Assembly: GCA_050289845.1 (NCBI GenBank)
Contig: JBNKGN010000001.1
Coordinates: 1 to 33,447, forward strand
Direction of reading: 5' to 3'
Origin: Crocinitomicaceae bacterium
GTDB taxonomy: Bacteria > Bacteroidota > Bacteroidia > Flavobacteriales_D > Crocinitomicaceae
DNA: 33,447 nt
Below are positions 32,710 through 33,447 of the stretch, in pieces. The notes beneath the pieces were generated by a model. That model was not told where the DNA came from, did not search any database, and worked only from the letters and a program-made list of their open reading frames with translations. Each line of letters starts with the position of its first letter. Positions within the stretch are counted from its first letter, which is position 1. Made by a program: the position numbers and the translations under genes.

Positions 32710-32783
32710 TGACCCCGGCAGGATTCTAACCTGCGACCGCTGGAGCCGAAATCCAGTGCTCTATACAGCTGAGCTACGGAGCC
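32710..32783 (-). tRNA. tRNA-Arg (anticodon TCG)
   Basis: The 74-nt minus-strand sequence GGCTCCGTAGCTCAGCTGTATAGAGCACTGGATTTCGGCTCCAGCGGTCGCAGGTTAGAATCCTGCCGGGGTCA folds by hand into a cloverleaf. It has a 7-bp acceptor stem (two G-U pairs), a 4-bp D stem, a 5-bp anticodon stem with loop TT-TCG-GC, a 5-nt variable loop and a 5-bp T stem. No CCA is encoded. Confidence 0.85.
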
Positions 32784-32958
32784 GAGTCAGGACTTCGAGG
32801 CGAATACATCTAATGTGAAGATGCATGCGCCGAGCCTGTCGAAGTGCAAAATTAACACTGTTCTCCAATTATTCAACTTTTTTATGTGTTATTAGGATTA
32901 CACGATTGCACAGATACAACATTGTCCCATTCAAACAACTTTCGTACCTTTAGTTTGT

Positions 32959-33420
32959 ATGAATTTTTTAACGCGAAGTACAATTCTATTTGTTGCCACG
33001 GTTGTGTTTGTCACAACGACGTGTTTTGCCGCGGATGTGCATTACTGCGAGAATGAAATTCAATCTGTTGCCCTCTTCCATAAAGCAGAGCCATGCGGTA
33101 AAATGGAGAAGAAGGTGGAACGAATGTCCAAATGCTGTTTGGCTCGAAAATTCAAGCTGGAGAAAGAATTACAAGGAAAAACAATTTTTAAGAAGCAAAA
33201 ATGTTGTAGCAATAAATCAGTAGGATTTAAAGCCGATTCAGAGCAGCATTCCACAACGGAAATAACAACTGCTCCTGTGGTTGATTTAGTGGCTGATTTT
33301 AATTTCGAGGTGGTGCACAAAACTTTGGACTTGGCAACTCACCAAGTATCGCATCGAGGACCTCCCGACCATTTTATTCCTTTCGATTTTCAAGTTTTCT
33401 ATCAGGTATTTCGTATTTGA
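32959..33420 (+). CDS. Small secreted protein, HYC_CC_PP-like family
   Basis: 153 aa. It has a signal peptide (…VTTTCFAA), then DVHYCENE, two CC motifs (SKCCLARK, QKCCSNK) and a C-terminal HRGPPDH. These match the motifs that give the NCBI HYC_CC_PP family its name, as I recall it. Confidence 0.65.
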   Translation: MNFLTRSTILFVATVVFVTTTCFAADVHYCENEIQSVALFHKAEPCGKMEKKVERMSKCCLARKFKLEKELQGKTIFKKQKCCSNKSVGFKADSEQHSTTEITTAPVVDLVADFNFEVVHKTLDLATHQVSHRGPPDHFIPFDFQVFYQVFRI

Positions 33421-33447
33421 TGGTGGTTCCTTGTAGGTTAAGAATAC

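Noticed and set aside
32784-32860. Imperfect inverted repeat (GACTTCGAGGCG ... CGCC-GAGCCTG-TCGAAGT) upstream of the tRNA, considered as a structured leader or ncRNA.
   Set aside because: The stem is interrupted by a 7-nt bulge, and nothing distinguishes it from chance symmetry or an ordinary tRNA precursor leader.
32541-32958. tRNA-Arg as a possible genomic-island integration site flanking the giant T9SS gene.
   Set aside because: No integrase, recombinase or excisionase gene is present, and I noticed no duplicated copy of the tRNA 3' end elsewhere in the window. The tRNA has its own terminator. Island status cannot be supported from this window.
1-33447. Scan for CRISPR arrays, IS/transposase genes, phage genes, toxin-antitoxin pairs and known defence-system genes.
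   Set aside because: I found no regularly spaced direct repeats, no transposase, integrase or nuclease/ATPase defence-type ORFs, and no terminal inverted repeats by reading the sequence and ORF translations.

Overview
This 33.4-kb chromosomal segment looks like Bacteroidota, probably Flavobacteriia-like. The signs are three secreted proteins with T9SS-type C-terminal sorting domains, a DUF4286-rsmA junction, TAnnTTTG-type promoter boxes and very tight gene packing. I call 27 protein-coding genes, one tRNA-Arg(TCG) and four hairpin terminators. I saw no CRISPR array, IS element, integrase or rRNA.

Housekeeping genes: rsmA, ispD, metF, ribE, tsaC/Sua5-type TC-AMP synthase and a beta-carbonic anhydrase (can).

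Accessory content:
- A minus-strand run of ydeP-like molybdopterin oxidoreductase, small membrane protein, ribE and a polytopic membrane protein.
- A light-related SRPBCC-TspO-photolyase operon, with an AspH-like dioxygenase upstream.
- An 898-aa CAP-domain protein.
- Three T9SS cargo proteins: a 617-aa beta-helix protein, a 493-aa alpha/beta-hydrolase-fold protein with a substituted nucleophile motif, and a 2064-aa metzincin/beta-helix giant.
- An HYC_CC_PP-like small secreted protein.

The best candidate for an undescribed system is the inorganic-carbon locus at 16.6-23.8 kb. It is a DAB-type CO2/bicarbonate pump (dabB-dabA) with a divergent LysR regulator. Unusually, it continues without usable intergenic space into a 100-aa helical protein, a ~281-291-aa protein with two C-terminal zinc ribbons, and the bicarbonate-consuming enzyme TsaC/Sua5.

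Secondary points of interest:
- A compensated U19:A56 elbow pair in the tRNA.
- An N-terminal Cys-capped domain on the giant metzincin that may act as a built-in latency or inhibitor module.
- An apparently nucleophile-less esterase homologue.

All family assignments come from reading motifs by eye. No database search was run.
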